Below, in pieces: positions 53,781-64,000 of a stretch of DNA of 64,000 nt. A program made the position numbers and the translations under genes. The stretch spans positions 49,445,868 to 49,509,867 of the forward strand of contig NC_068993.1 of the NCBI RefSeq assembly GCF_001194135.2, in the 5' to 3' direction. Below the pieces are notes generated by a model. That model worked only from the letters and a program-made list of their open reading frames with translations. It did no database searches and was not told where the DNA came from. Position 1 is the first letter of the stretch, and each line of letters opens with the position of its first letter. The stretch comes from Octopus bimaculoides (lineage: Eukaryota).

Positions 53781-53842
53781 TTTCTCTCTCTTTCTCTCTC
53801 TGTCTCTCTCTCTCTTTCTCTCTCTGTCTCTCTCTCTCTTTC

Positions 53843-53876
<34 letters not shown>
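53781..53876. repeat. (TC)n tract with three exact 24-bp higher-order units
   Basis: tttctctctctgtctctctctctc at 53791, 53815 and 53839. Confidence 0.85.
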
Positions 53877-54261
53877 AACTCTTTGTCAATCTCAAATACA
53901 TAGTTTAGTTCCAGATTTAGAATTGTTAAATTGATGAGTGTTGAATCATTTGTTGGTCAGATAATATTTTCCCCAGATATGATATTTTCACTACAAACTA
54001 GGTTGTAGTCAATGAGGGAGACTCTATGTGGCCACTTGGGTTTGCTAGAAATAGCAGCTAAATGTCTCTACAATCACAATCACATCCTGTCATTGAAATT
54101 AAAAAAAAAAAAGAAAACAACAATAACAACAAACTGGGCAGATACATTGAATAATATAGTCCTCGATAAAATTTCAGAATAAAGAGAGAATGTGTGTCTA
54201 GAATTACTTTGATCATAAGTCTGGTCAATCAAGACTGCCCAGCGGCAAAACAACATAGTTA

Positions 54262-54280
54262 TCTACTGCTGCTACTACTG

Positions 54281-54324
<44 letters not shown>
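54262..54324. repeat. (TAC)n microsatellite
   Basis: Direct. Confidence 0.95.
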
Positions 54325-54326
<2 letters not shown>

Positions 54327-54659
54327 AGCTTAGGTATATTAGAATTTGATTTTACTTACAAATACTCTGAAATGACTGCAGATGATATGAACTCACAGGC
54401 CCGTTCAGTATTTTAGCCGTCTGGTCCCCAGAGAAAAGTTTGATACTTAGAAGACAATTCTGTCATATAGACTGGTGATCCATCCAGGGGAACTTGTGTC
54501 ACGTTTAGCACTGTGCTGACTAGAGAAAAGAACTGGCCAATTAGACTGCAGGGGTTTGTGAAGGATGATGATAATAATTATGTAATTTAGGTATAAGGAA
54601 GGCAATTTTAGGGTTATGATTTAGACTCTCAGCCAGGGTCCATATATAAGAATTTGGTG

Positions 54660-54873
54660 TTAACCCTTTAGCATTTAAACCAGCCATATCCAGCTCAAAT
54701 ATTCTTCTTGTTTCATATCCAAACTGACCATTTCCAGCCTCTCACATCTACCTTACAATGTCTTTCTAAAAAAGACAATCATATCATTGAAGTCTCAAAG
54801 CTATGTGACAATGCAAAAGTAATTCAAACTAATGTGCATATATAAAACAGTAATCTGAACACTAAAGGGTTAA
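54660..54873. mobile_element. piggyBac-type MITE family 2 (TTAA|CCCTTTAG...CTAAAGGG|TTAA)
   Basis: TTAA at both ends and a short TIR; the interior differs from family 1. Confidence 0.72.
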
Positions 54874-55084
54874 AGCTTATGCTTATACTTCTACAATACA
54901 AAAAATAGTCTAACAATTTTTTTTTATACAATTCCTAATAATATTTAATTAGAAAAATACAGTAGGATTTTTTAAAGATCAAATGGCTGTGGGGTCCATC
55001 TGAGTAATATAGGAATCAACGGGGTCTGTAGGTAAAAAAGAAAAAATGGCTGAGAACCACCGGTTTAGATAACTACAACCCTAG

Positions 55085-55224
55085 TATTTGAGCAGTACTT
55101 TATTGACCATGGAGGAATGAAAGTTGCCTCAGCAAAATTTGAGTCCAGAACACAAAGAGCCAGAACAAATACTTGCAATGCATTTTGTCAAACCCTGTAA
55201 TGATTCTGCCATTCTGCCACCTTC

Positions 55225-55263
<39 letters not shown>

Positions 55264-55700
55264 CATGGTTTCAAATTTTTTCGCAAGGGTAGCAATTCTG
55301 GGAGAGGGGATGTGTTGATTACGTTGACCCCAGTGTTAAACTGGTACTTATTTCATTGACCCCGAAAGGATGAAAGGCAAAGTCAACCTCAGCAGAATTT
55401 GAACTCAGAATGTAAAGATGGACAAAATGCTGCTAAACATTTTGCCTGGCATGCTAACTATTCTGCCAGCTCACCACCTTCAATAATAATAATAATAATA
55501 ATAATTTTCTGATGTAGGTGCAAGGTTGGCGGGGGGTTGTGAAGAGGGGTTAGTCAATACTATTGATTTCCAATACTTTATTTTCTTTTGTTGTACTTTA
55601 TTTTATCGAGGCCAAAGGAATGAAGAGCATAGTTGATCTCGGTAGAATATGAATTTAGAATGTAAGAGTTGAAAGAAGTACTGCAAAGCATTTTATTCAA
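55085..55700 (-). mobile_element. Three head-to-tail SINE family B copies
   Basis: Copies end in ccaccttcaataataat at ~55218 and ~55476; the middle copy (55265-55480) is well conserved. Confidence 0.8.
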
Positions 55701-56126
55701 CAATTTCTGCTCTATATTAGACTGTAAAGAAAATTAATTCCCCAATATTTGGGGTGGTTAAGGTAGGAAGAATGTTTTTGACTGGGCTCTACACTTCCCA
55801 CCCAGTGAATCTATCCAATAACACTACTCAAAATGTTGAACCAATGAAGGAACTTCTATATAAGGCAAGTTGATCTGCTAGAATTAAGAGTCAGCTCTCC
55901 CTCAAATCACATACTACAACTTCAAAATATCAGACACATTGAATGGATGTACAGGTGACACAACACTGTAAAAAATAATAATTTTGGGAACCATCAAGCG
56001 GGTAACAAATATATTTCTCTCCTCAGGAATGTTTTCACTTGTAACAGGTTTTCAAACAATTCTACAACCCACTGTAAAGCGATCTGGATGGTTTACTATT
56101 TTACTCGCTTGAAGAAGTTTACCTAC

Positions 56127-56170
56127 CTCATGGACATTGAACAATGAGGTTCTCTTAATTATGTATAAAT
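56127..56170 (-). CDS. Candidate 44-nt internal exon (phase 1 to 0; xLYIIKRTSLFNVHE)
   Basis: Acceptor tatttttatctatag| and donor GAG|gtaggt; open in the phase required after the MASQW exon. Could be chance. Confidence 0.2.
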
Positions 56171-56654
56171 CTATAGATAAAAATAGCAGACTGATTTCAA
56201 GTATAATTAATGACCTCAATTCAACAGACAAAATCTAAAGGTTCCAGCTGACCTACTTTATAACACTTACATACACCTTAATGGTGCGTGTAGGGGGTTA
56301 TTCTTTTCACTAGATTCAAAATCAGCCCACCCAGAAACATTGGGTAGGAACATTCCAATCAATTCTAAAATACAGCTGGGACTTATTTAATAATTAGTAA
56401 TTATTTAATAAAGAGGAGAAGATTGAAGACAAAATATTACCCTAATGGGGGTTTAAACTTTGGAATAAGGGGTTAGAAAATGGATACTAAAAAGCAACTT
56501 GTCCTACATGAAACTTTTTGTTTTTTTCTGCATTATTTAATAGGAGGCAGAGATAAAAATTCTGATCTTTGCACCCCCCTCACAGGTTTGAACTGGCACA
56601 AAGTGAAGCCAGCCTAGATGATGTGTCCTCATGTTGTCTAGTGCTTTAACAATT

Positions 56655-57070
56655 CTTATTTCTTTATTGCCCACAAGGGGCTAAACATAGAGGAGACAAA
56701 CAAGGACAGACAAAGGAATTAAGTTGATTACATCGACCCCCATTGCGTAACTGGTACTTAATTTACCGACCCTGAAAGGATGAAAGGCAAAGTCAACCTC
56801 AGTGGAATTTGAACTCAGAATGTAACGGCAGACTAAATACTGCTAAGCATTTCACCTGGCTTGCTAACGTTTCTGCCAGCTTACCACCATTTTAACAATT
56901 GCTTTAACGATTCTGCCAATCCATTGTTATAGAATGACACTTCAATTATTGACCCTGGAGGTGTGAATGGCAAAATTGACCTCAGCAGGATTTCAACTCA
57001 AATGTACAGGGAGCTGAAACAAATACTGTGAGGTGGTCTTTCTAATGCTCTGACAATTCTGCTAGTTAAC
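56655..57070 (-). mobile_element. SINE family B copy plus adjacent fragments
   Basis: gattacatcgacccc...gaaaggcaaagtcaacctc...tttgaactcagaatgt...ttctgccagc. Confidence 0.8.
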
Positions 57071-57344
57071 TTTTTTTATATCATTAATGTTGTTATCAGT
57101 CGTCATCACTTTTACATCTATTATTTCCATATTGGCATACTTTGGACGAGAGTTATTGTGGTAGCACTCTACAGCTGGATGCCCTTCCTGTTGCCAACCT
57201 TTGTTTCTGAAGTAAGCTATTTTCATTCCACTGGTTTTCACTTAAAACTGAAAACTAACAAAACCATTGTACTATAAAATGTATTATTAAAAAATGTTAA
57301 CAGGAGACATAAATACATCATCACCATCATATATATATATATAT

Positions 57345-57507
57345 ACGACAGGCTTCTTTCAGTTTCCATCTACCCAACCCACTCACAAGACTTCAGTCAG
57401 CTTCAGGCTATAGTAGAAGACACTTGCCCAAGGTGCCACATGGTAGGACTGAACCCGGAACCATTTGGTTGGTAAGCAAGCTACTTACCACACAGCCACT
57501 CCTGCAC
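57345..57507 (-). mobile_element. SINE family A, 5' half
   Basis: gacaggcttctttcagtttcc...accacacagccactcctgca. Confidence 0.85.
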
Positions 57508-57994
57508 ATATACAAATATAAACCGAAGCTTCTTGAATCCTTACTCTGAGTTTCTGGTTACCATTATTCTAATGAATTGCTTGAATAATCAGTTACTTGA
57601 AACTCAGAGTGACAATTCAATAACTTCTCTTACATATATGTGTATCTAGAAGCTGTAAATTCAAACATTCACCAGTCCACACATGCATATACACACACTT
57701 ACACATCTATCCATCATTGTACATACATGTACATGCATATATATATATACAAACACACACTTGCTGCACTAATTATCTGTATTTGTATAAAGATGGTTTT
57801 AGTCACAGACACAGAAAGGTCAAAGGTCTCTTTTTTTTTGTTTGTCTGTCTTCTGTCTGTCTCACTTTCTCTGTCACACACACACACACAAACTACATTA
57901 GTGAGTGTTTGATAAGAAAAACAGCATTAAATCATCAATCTAACGTTAAATGGTGCATTATTCATGGAGCACATATAGATTTATATACGTGGCC

Positions 57995-58137
57995 TTAGGA
58001 AGGGCATCCAGCTGTAGAAACTCTGCCAGATCAGATTGGAGCCTGGTGCAGCCTTCTGGCTTACCAGTCCTCAGTCAAATCGTCCAACCCATGCTAGCAT
58101 GGAAAGCGGACGTTAAACGATGATGATGATGATGATG
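57995..58137 (+). mobile_element. Family C, 5'-truncated 3' end
   Basis: Near-identical to 10463-10602. Confidence 0.85.
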
Positions 58138-58139
58138 TA

Positions 58140-58462
58140 TGCCTTTTACCTTTCAGGGGCATGACCTTGAATTCGTAGTTGAACAAGTCACCCCCAGTAC
58201 TTATTTCTTTTCAAAGCATGGTACTTAGCCAAACAGTCAAGTCACAGGGACATAAACACACCAACACTGGTTGTCGAGCAGTGGTGGAGGTTAAACACAA
58301 ACAGATATATGTATACATATATATGCACAACGGGCTTCTTTCAGTTTCCTTCTGCAAAATCCACTCACAAGGCCATTGTAGAAGACACTTGCCCCATATG
58401 CCACCCAGTGGGATTGAACCCTGGTTGGGAAGCAAGCTGCTTATCACACAGCCACGCCTGTA
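58140..58462 (-). mobile_element. SINE family A, diverged copy
   Basis: Diverged match to both halves of the family. Confidence 0.7.
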
Positions 58463-58772
58463 CCTGTTAATAATTTGATCCAATATACAATATATATATA
58501 ATACATGTATATATATATATATATGTATGTATGATCTTGCTTTAGTCACAGACTGCAGTCATGCCTTGAAGGGTTTTGTTGATCACAGTGACCCCCCCCC
58601 CCNNNNNNNNNNNNNNNNNNNNNNNNNNNNNNNNNNNNNNNNNNNNNNNNNNNNNNNNNNNNNNNNNNNNNNNNNNNNNNNNNNNNNNNNNNNNNNNNNN
58701 NNNNNNNNACCAGCATCGCTTGTCAAACACAGACACACATATCCACCTGTCTGTCTCTCTGTCTGTTTATCC

Positions 58773-58814
<42 letters not shown>

Positions 58815-58830
58815 TCGTCTGTCTGCCTGT

Positions 58831-58870
<40 letters not shown>

Positions 58871-58941
58871 TTCTCTCTCTCACTCACTCTCTACCTATTT
58901 ACACATGCATGCACACGGGTGCAAGTACACACACACACACA

Positions 58942-59161
58942 AGGGGCTGCTGAAAAGTTCCTGGCTTTGGATAAAAGAAAATTCAGGAAGATCATTTAAT
59001 TATGATTTTTTTTTTTTTAAACATATCCCCGTCTCAGATTCATGCACTTACTGCAGCGGTCCCTCAGTTTTTTCTAACCCCTGTAAAAGAACTTGGAAAG
59101 TTGGGCCCCCAACCAGACCTTTCATGATACCTTGAAAGCTAGGAACACTTCAGCACCCACT
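58942..59161. mobile_element. Non-autonomous mariner-type MITE (~220 bp)
   Basis: Terminal inverted repeats of ~27 bp: aggggctgctgaaaagttcctggcttt ... aaagctaggaacacttcagcacccact; non-coding interior. Confidence 0.78.
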
Positions 59162-59779
59162 CATATATATATATGTACGTGTGTGGGTGGGTGTGCACGC
59201 ACATGCACACAGATACATGTGCTATGTGTGTGTGAGAGGGAGAGAGAGAGAGACAGACAGAAACAGAGACGGGCAGACAGAAAAGGAGAGAGACAAACAG
59301 ACAGAGAATATAAATTCATTTTGGCAGAAAATAACGAAGAGGACTAAGAGAGTCTAACGATCAATTCCTGTTTTATAAGGAAACTGGGAATTTTATGACT
59401 AAAGGGAAGTTAATCTTGTCTACCGAGGAGCTGCAGTGGCTGATCCAGGACTGATGACAAGGCAACACATTGTGTGTCTACTTCTCTCTCTTTCTTTCTC
59501 TCTCTTTTCTTTATCGTTTTCCAGTTATTGTCATTTATAAGTATTTAGAATAATTTAGATTCAGGAAAATCTCATGTGCAAAATCATTTTATTAAATACA
59601 AATATTTCGTTTTTTGGGTTTTTTTTTTTCATTTTCTAATAAAGTATAAACATTGATGTTAGGTGTTATTTTTAATCTGTTCTTCTAACGATTTTTAATG
59701 CATTAATTCTTTCTAATATTTGTATTTTTAATCCTATGCTTAACATTAATTTTTTTCCTGTAACAAATAAATACAAATG

Positions 59780-60200
59780 GTTTAAAGTTGTACACCCATT
59801 TCGTCACCTCTTTAACAGTGTAAGGCGAGGTTTTTCGTAATTCTATTCGTTTCTGACTACCACGGAAGGTGTTAAACTGACAGGTGCAATTCTCACTCCA
59901 TTGCGATGCCATCTGTTCTGCCAGAAATGGTCGATTCCTCCTCCTCCTCCTCGTATCTGTGTCTGTGTGTCCGTCTAACTAACTTGTGCTAGCCTGAGCC
60001 AAGGGAGACAATCAAAGCTGACTTAGTTGTTTGCTGGTTTAACGTCCACTTCGCCTGTAAAATTATCCAGGGTTGCAAGAAAATATTTTCTTTCTCCCGC
60101 TCACACGTCCGTATTAACGAAAAAAAAATAGTCGAGTGGATAAACTATTAGATTGCTGATCTGGTCCACGGATCATGCGTTCGAATCTGATACAGTTATA
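59780..60200 (-). promoter_or_regulatory. CpG-enriched putative promoter / 5' UTR region
   Basis: Dense CpGs in unique sequence (e.g. ttgcgatg, gtcgattc, ccgtcta, aacgtcc, cccgctcacacgtccgtattaacg, gtcgagtg, ccacggatcatgcgttcgaa), whereas unique sequence elsewhere is CpG-depleted. It surrounds the candidate start exon. Confidence 0.45.
59897..59912 (-). CDS. Candidate first coding exon of an unidentified minus-strand gene (MASQW + phase-1 intron)
   Basis: The minus strand reads ...GAACAG ATG GCA TCG CAA TGG A|GTGAGA: an ATG 16 nt before a consensus donor, inside the only clearly CpG-enriched non-repeat segment of the window. No homology is recognised. Confidence 0.45.
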
Positions 60201-60984
60201 TCATTGCTTCAGAAAGCTTTTTTTTTTTTTTTTTTTTTCCCCCCGCTTTTTATTCATCTCTACCTTAGATAGATTATCATCCTGGAGATAATAAGAGGGT
60301 GTATGTTCACTCTGTAGATGCTTACGCTGCCTTCATACTTGTAATTAAACAAATTATCTTTCTTTCTTTCATTCATTCATTCATTCATTCTTTCTTTCGT
60401 TCTTTCCTTTTCTTTCTTTCTTTTCTTCTCTTTTCTTTTCTTTCTTTTTCTTCCTTCCTTTCTTTCTTTCTTATCCTCAAATAACAGGTTTCATCATTGC
60501 CTGAAATATTAAATAGAACAAATTCTTCATGAGTTTTATTATGGATGTGTATCTGTATAAATGGTTGACTGTACACACACACACACACACACACACTATC
60601 ACCACCACACCGCGCGCGCGCGCGCACACACACACACACACACAACATAACACACACATGACAATAGTACAGTAATTACTAAATTAGGATGTTGTTGTTT
60701 TAAGGAGTGGGAGGGGCAGTGCCCAGAGATATTTTTAGGTTTTAGAACACTATAGAATCGGCATTGATAGGTGAGGTTAGTGTTGTTAACGAATGATGTG
60801 AATAGCTGCAAATTACTATTTCAAAAGGGTGAGTGGGTGGGTGGTGACAAAAACAGACATTTCCAAAGAGACACAGTATTGTATTGAAGAACTAAGGAAA
60901 GTGCTAAAAAAAAATATGGTCAGTAGGTGATGCATTTTGGAAAAAAAAAATCAGTTCATAAGAACCGAAAGCCTTTAAAATGGT

Positions 60985-61165
60985 TTCAAATTCTGGCACA
61001 AGGCAGTAATTTTTAGGGAGGAGTAAGTTGATTACATTGATCCTAGTGTTCAACTTGTACTTTATTTTATCAACCCTGAAAAGATGAAAGGGATAGCTGA
61101 CCATAGAGGAAGTTTAACTTGGAGCATAAAGAGCCGGAAGAAATGCTGCTAAGCATTTTGTCAGC
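60985..61165 (-). mobile_element. SINE family B, diverged
   Basis: ggcacaaggcagtaattt...gattacattgatcc...tacttt. Confidence 0.6.
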
Positions 61166-63526
61166 AATGGAGGTAACATAGTGAAGGAGCCTCTACATGG
61201 TCATTTGTCTTGCTAGAAATAGCAACCAGATCGTCTTGGAATCAAGCCTTTTAGCAACTTAAGAAAAAGGCAAGGGGAGTATGTTTGACGTTGTAGGTAA
61301 GGATAAGATGGTTGTAGTTGAAAGGTGTTTGATTGTATGATCCACTCAGAGCTGACCTGTGGCTAAACTGTGATGTAACAAAGTTATAGCATAACAGTAA
61401 CTTAAATGGTTTATTGATGAAATGGTGTTTTTGTATTTATATATGGAGCTTTTTTTTTTCTTTTCTTTTTGAGGGCAAGGTATCTAAGAGAATTTTGGTA
61501 AATATTTTGAACACATTAATCTGATCTTCAGTATTTTTTGTTGAGTTTTGTAATTGGTAGATATCTGCTCCACTTCTATCAACCATTTGCTGGTTCCACT
61601 TGGAGGTGTTCATTTTGCATGAACAAAGACCAACTGTTTTACTTGTTGTATCTAACCACTTTCAAGGTGCCACACAGTGGGAATGAACCTGGAACCATGT
61701 GGTTGGTAAGCAAGCTACTTACCACACAGCCACTCCTGCGCTCTCTTCACATTCATTCATTCTTTTTCTAGAATCTTTTTAGATTATTTTAATCAACACT
61801 AATCATCTAATGATATCTCTCTTTCTCTCTCTCTCACACACACGCACACTTTTCTTATCTTTTTGCAAAATCAAAATGAACAGTCTTCAGCTATATTCTT
61901 GAATGTTCTGACACTCCCATACTGCCAGGTCCTCTCCTCCTAGGGCCTCATTTATGAAAGGAACACAGTACGGGTACAGCATTGATGAGGGTCCAACTTC
62001 ATTAGAAATCCGAACCTTGTAAATTCCTTAAAATAACACCTACTGCCGATTCCTTTCACTTCTGGTGCCTCTCCCTCTCTCTTCCCCCCTCTCTCTACCT
62101 GTCTCATTGTTTTGTTTGTTACTGATGCTTCTGTGCCTGTGTTTGTTTTGTTGTTTGTGTACACTCATGACATGACCTCCCCTCAGACTCCTGTCTCTTC
62201 CAGTGTTTTTGTTCTTTACTGATACCTCTATGTGTGTGTGTGGGTGTGTGTGTATGCTTATGTGTGTGTGTTTATACACACATGCATCCAGATACTTTAC
62301 CCATAAGACCTTTAGACTCCTGTCGCTTCTAGTATTTTTGTGTAACTGATGCCTGTGTGTGGAGTGTGTGTGTGCTTGTGTTGGAACAGAGCTCTTTGTG
62401 AGGGTCAGGGTTGTAGACATGAAATTCTTTGTGAAAGCATATGTATGTGTAATTGGTTGGTCCTGTATGTGTGTGAATACTTGTCTTACATATATTTGTT
62501 GTGTGTGTTTGTCTATGTGCATTGTGCCTATATTTGGGTATTGTGTGTATGGTGTGTGTTTATACATACACATATATATATATATACACACACACACACA
62601 CGCACACACACACACACACACACACATAGGAACACCAACACACAGGGACGCACCATTAAAGTTCTGCTAGTTGAATGAGTCTAGCTTTAAATGTTCTGCC
62701 TGAGTGAGTTGAATTTTGTACTGTTGACACAATTTTGTTTGTTTTTGTTTTTCTTTATTGCCCTTGTTTTAAGTTAGATGCTATATTGGTGAAAGCCATG
62801 GGAAAGGTCAGACAACAACCTCCACTAATAAACTGCTTTCAATGAAATGGACTGACCCAGCCTTGTCCCACCTCAAATGGTATGTATGTATGTATGTATG
62901 TATGTATGTACGTATGTATGTATATGTATATGTTCATATTCCTATAATCATTGAAATGCATGTATACACAATTCAGACAATGCTCTTGCAGTGTTAGTGT
63001 ATACATACATACATATATGTGTGTGTGTGTATGTGTCGGTGTGTGTGTGTGTATTCACACATGCATGTATAGACATCTACATTCATATAGATATCTATCT
63101 CTATATGGATATATATATATGTGTGTACATGCATACATATACACACACATACAATACATAAACATGGCTATGCAAGCACAGAGACACATGCATATGTNNN
63201 NNNNNNNNNNNNNNNNNNNNNNNNNNNNNNNNNNNNNNNNNNNNNNNNNNNNNNNNNNNNNNNNNNNNNNNNNNNNNNNNNNNNNNNNNNNNNNNNNNNN
63301 NNNNNNNNNNNNNNNNNNNNNNNNNNNNNNNNNNNNNNNNNNNNNNNNNNNNNNNNNNNNNNNNNNNNNNNNNNNNNNNNNNNNNNNNNNNNNNNNNNNN
63401 NNNNNNNNNNNNNNNNNNNNNNNNNNNNNNNNNNNNNNNNNNNNNNNNNNNNNNNNNNNNNNNNNNNNNNNNNNNNNNNNNNNNNNNNNNNNNNNNNNNN
63501 NNNNNNNNNNNNNNNNNNNNNNNNNN

Positions 63527-63880
63527 TTTAACGTCCGCTTTCCATGCTAGCATGGGTTGGACGATTTGACTGAGGACTGGTGAAACCGGATGGCAACACC
63601 AGGCTCCAGTCTGATTTGGCAGAGTTTCTACAGCTGGATGCCCTTCCTAACGCCAACCACTCAGAGAGTGTAGTGGGTGCTTTTACGTGTCACCCGCACG
63701 AAAACGGCCACGCTCGAAATGGTGTCTTTTATGTGCCACCCGCACAAGCCAGTCCAGGGGCACTGGCAACGATCTCGCTCGAAAATCCTACGGGAGCCAG
63801 TCAGGCGGTACTGGCAACGGCCACGCTCAAAATGGTGCATCTCATGTGCCACCCGCACAAGAACCAGTCCAGGGGCACTT
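63527..63880 (-). mobile_element. Family C copy
   Basis: Reverse complement of 10290-10590, with an internal duplication of the gccacgctc.aaatggtg block. Confidence 0.85.
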
Positions 63881-64000
63881 TGTTTGAACATATTTCATAT
63901 ATATGTATGTGTTTGTGTGTGCGTACACACACTCACACACATACACACACACACCTGTATAAAGAGTTGTATATCAGTCTGACTGCTCTTTTAAATTAAG

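Larger units (their letters stand above)
10611..63526. other. 14 assembly gaps (N runs)
   Basis: 10611-10924, 16367-16483, 25070-25079, 28754-28763, 31376-31622, 32058-32180, 38714-39133, 41653-42405, 44183-44870, 46035-46180, 50219-50680, 52943-52989, 58603-58708, 63198-63526; most abut microsatellites. Confidence 0.98.

Noticed and set aside
1639-63553. Many 60-340 aa ORFs in the supplied track (poly-IY, HT, VC, poly-I or X-filled)
   Set aside because: They are translations of microsatellites or N gaps; the length is a consequence of stop-free repeats.
1-64000. CRISPR arrays, rRNA, prokaryotic operons
   Set aside because: None seen; this is eukaryotic repeat-rich DNA, and the recurring motifs are dispersed SINEs rather than regularly spaced direct repeats.

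Overview
This is AT-rich animal genomic DNA from a gapped short-read assembly, with 14 N-runs that are mostly flanked by microsatellites. The repeat families and the very high microsatellite density resemble coleoid cephalopod (Octopus-like) DNA; that is recognition from memory, not a database match. Most of the window is intronic or intergenic. It holds many copies of several tRNA-derived SINE families and RTE-type 3' tails, a decayed mariner transposase (24.36-25.07 kb), a mariner-type MITE, four TTAA-flanked piggyBac-type MITEs, a decayed Penelope-like RT fragment and a Penelope-type terminal repeat with a degenerate minimal hammerhead-like fold. No long ORF encodes a recognisable cellular protein; nearly all ORFs in the supplied track are microsatellite or N-gap artefacts. 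The best sign of a host gene is a CpG-enriched region at about 59.8-60.2 kb containing ATG-GCA-TCG-CAA-TGG-A|GTGAGA on the minus strand (MASQW, phase-1 intron). Weaker minus-strand exon candidates lie at 56.1, 48.7, 33.6-34.4 and 26.3-27.2 kb. I could not name the gene, and I did not find a demonstrably novel system. The most promising leads are the hammerhead-like motif, the strong strand bias of one SINE family, the minus-strand coding-like island at 34 kb and a pre-miRNA-sized hairpin at 57.5 kb.
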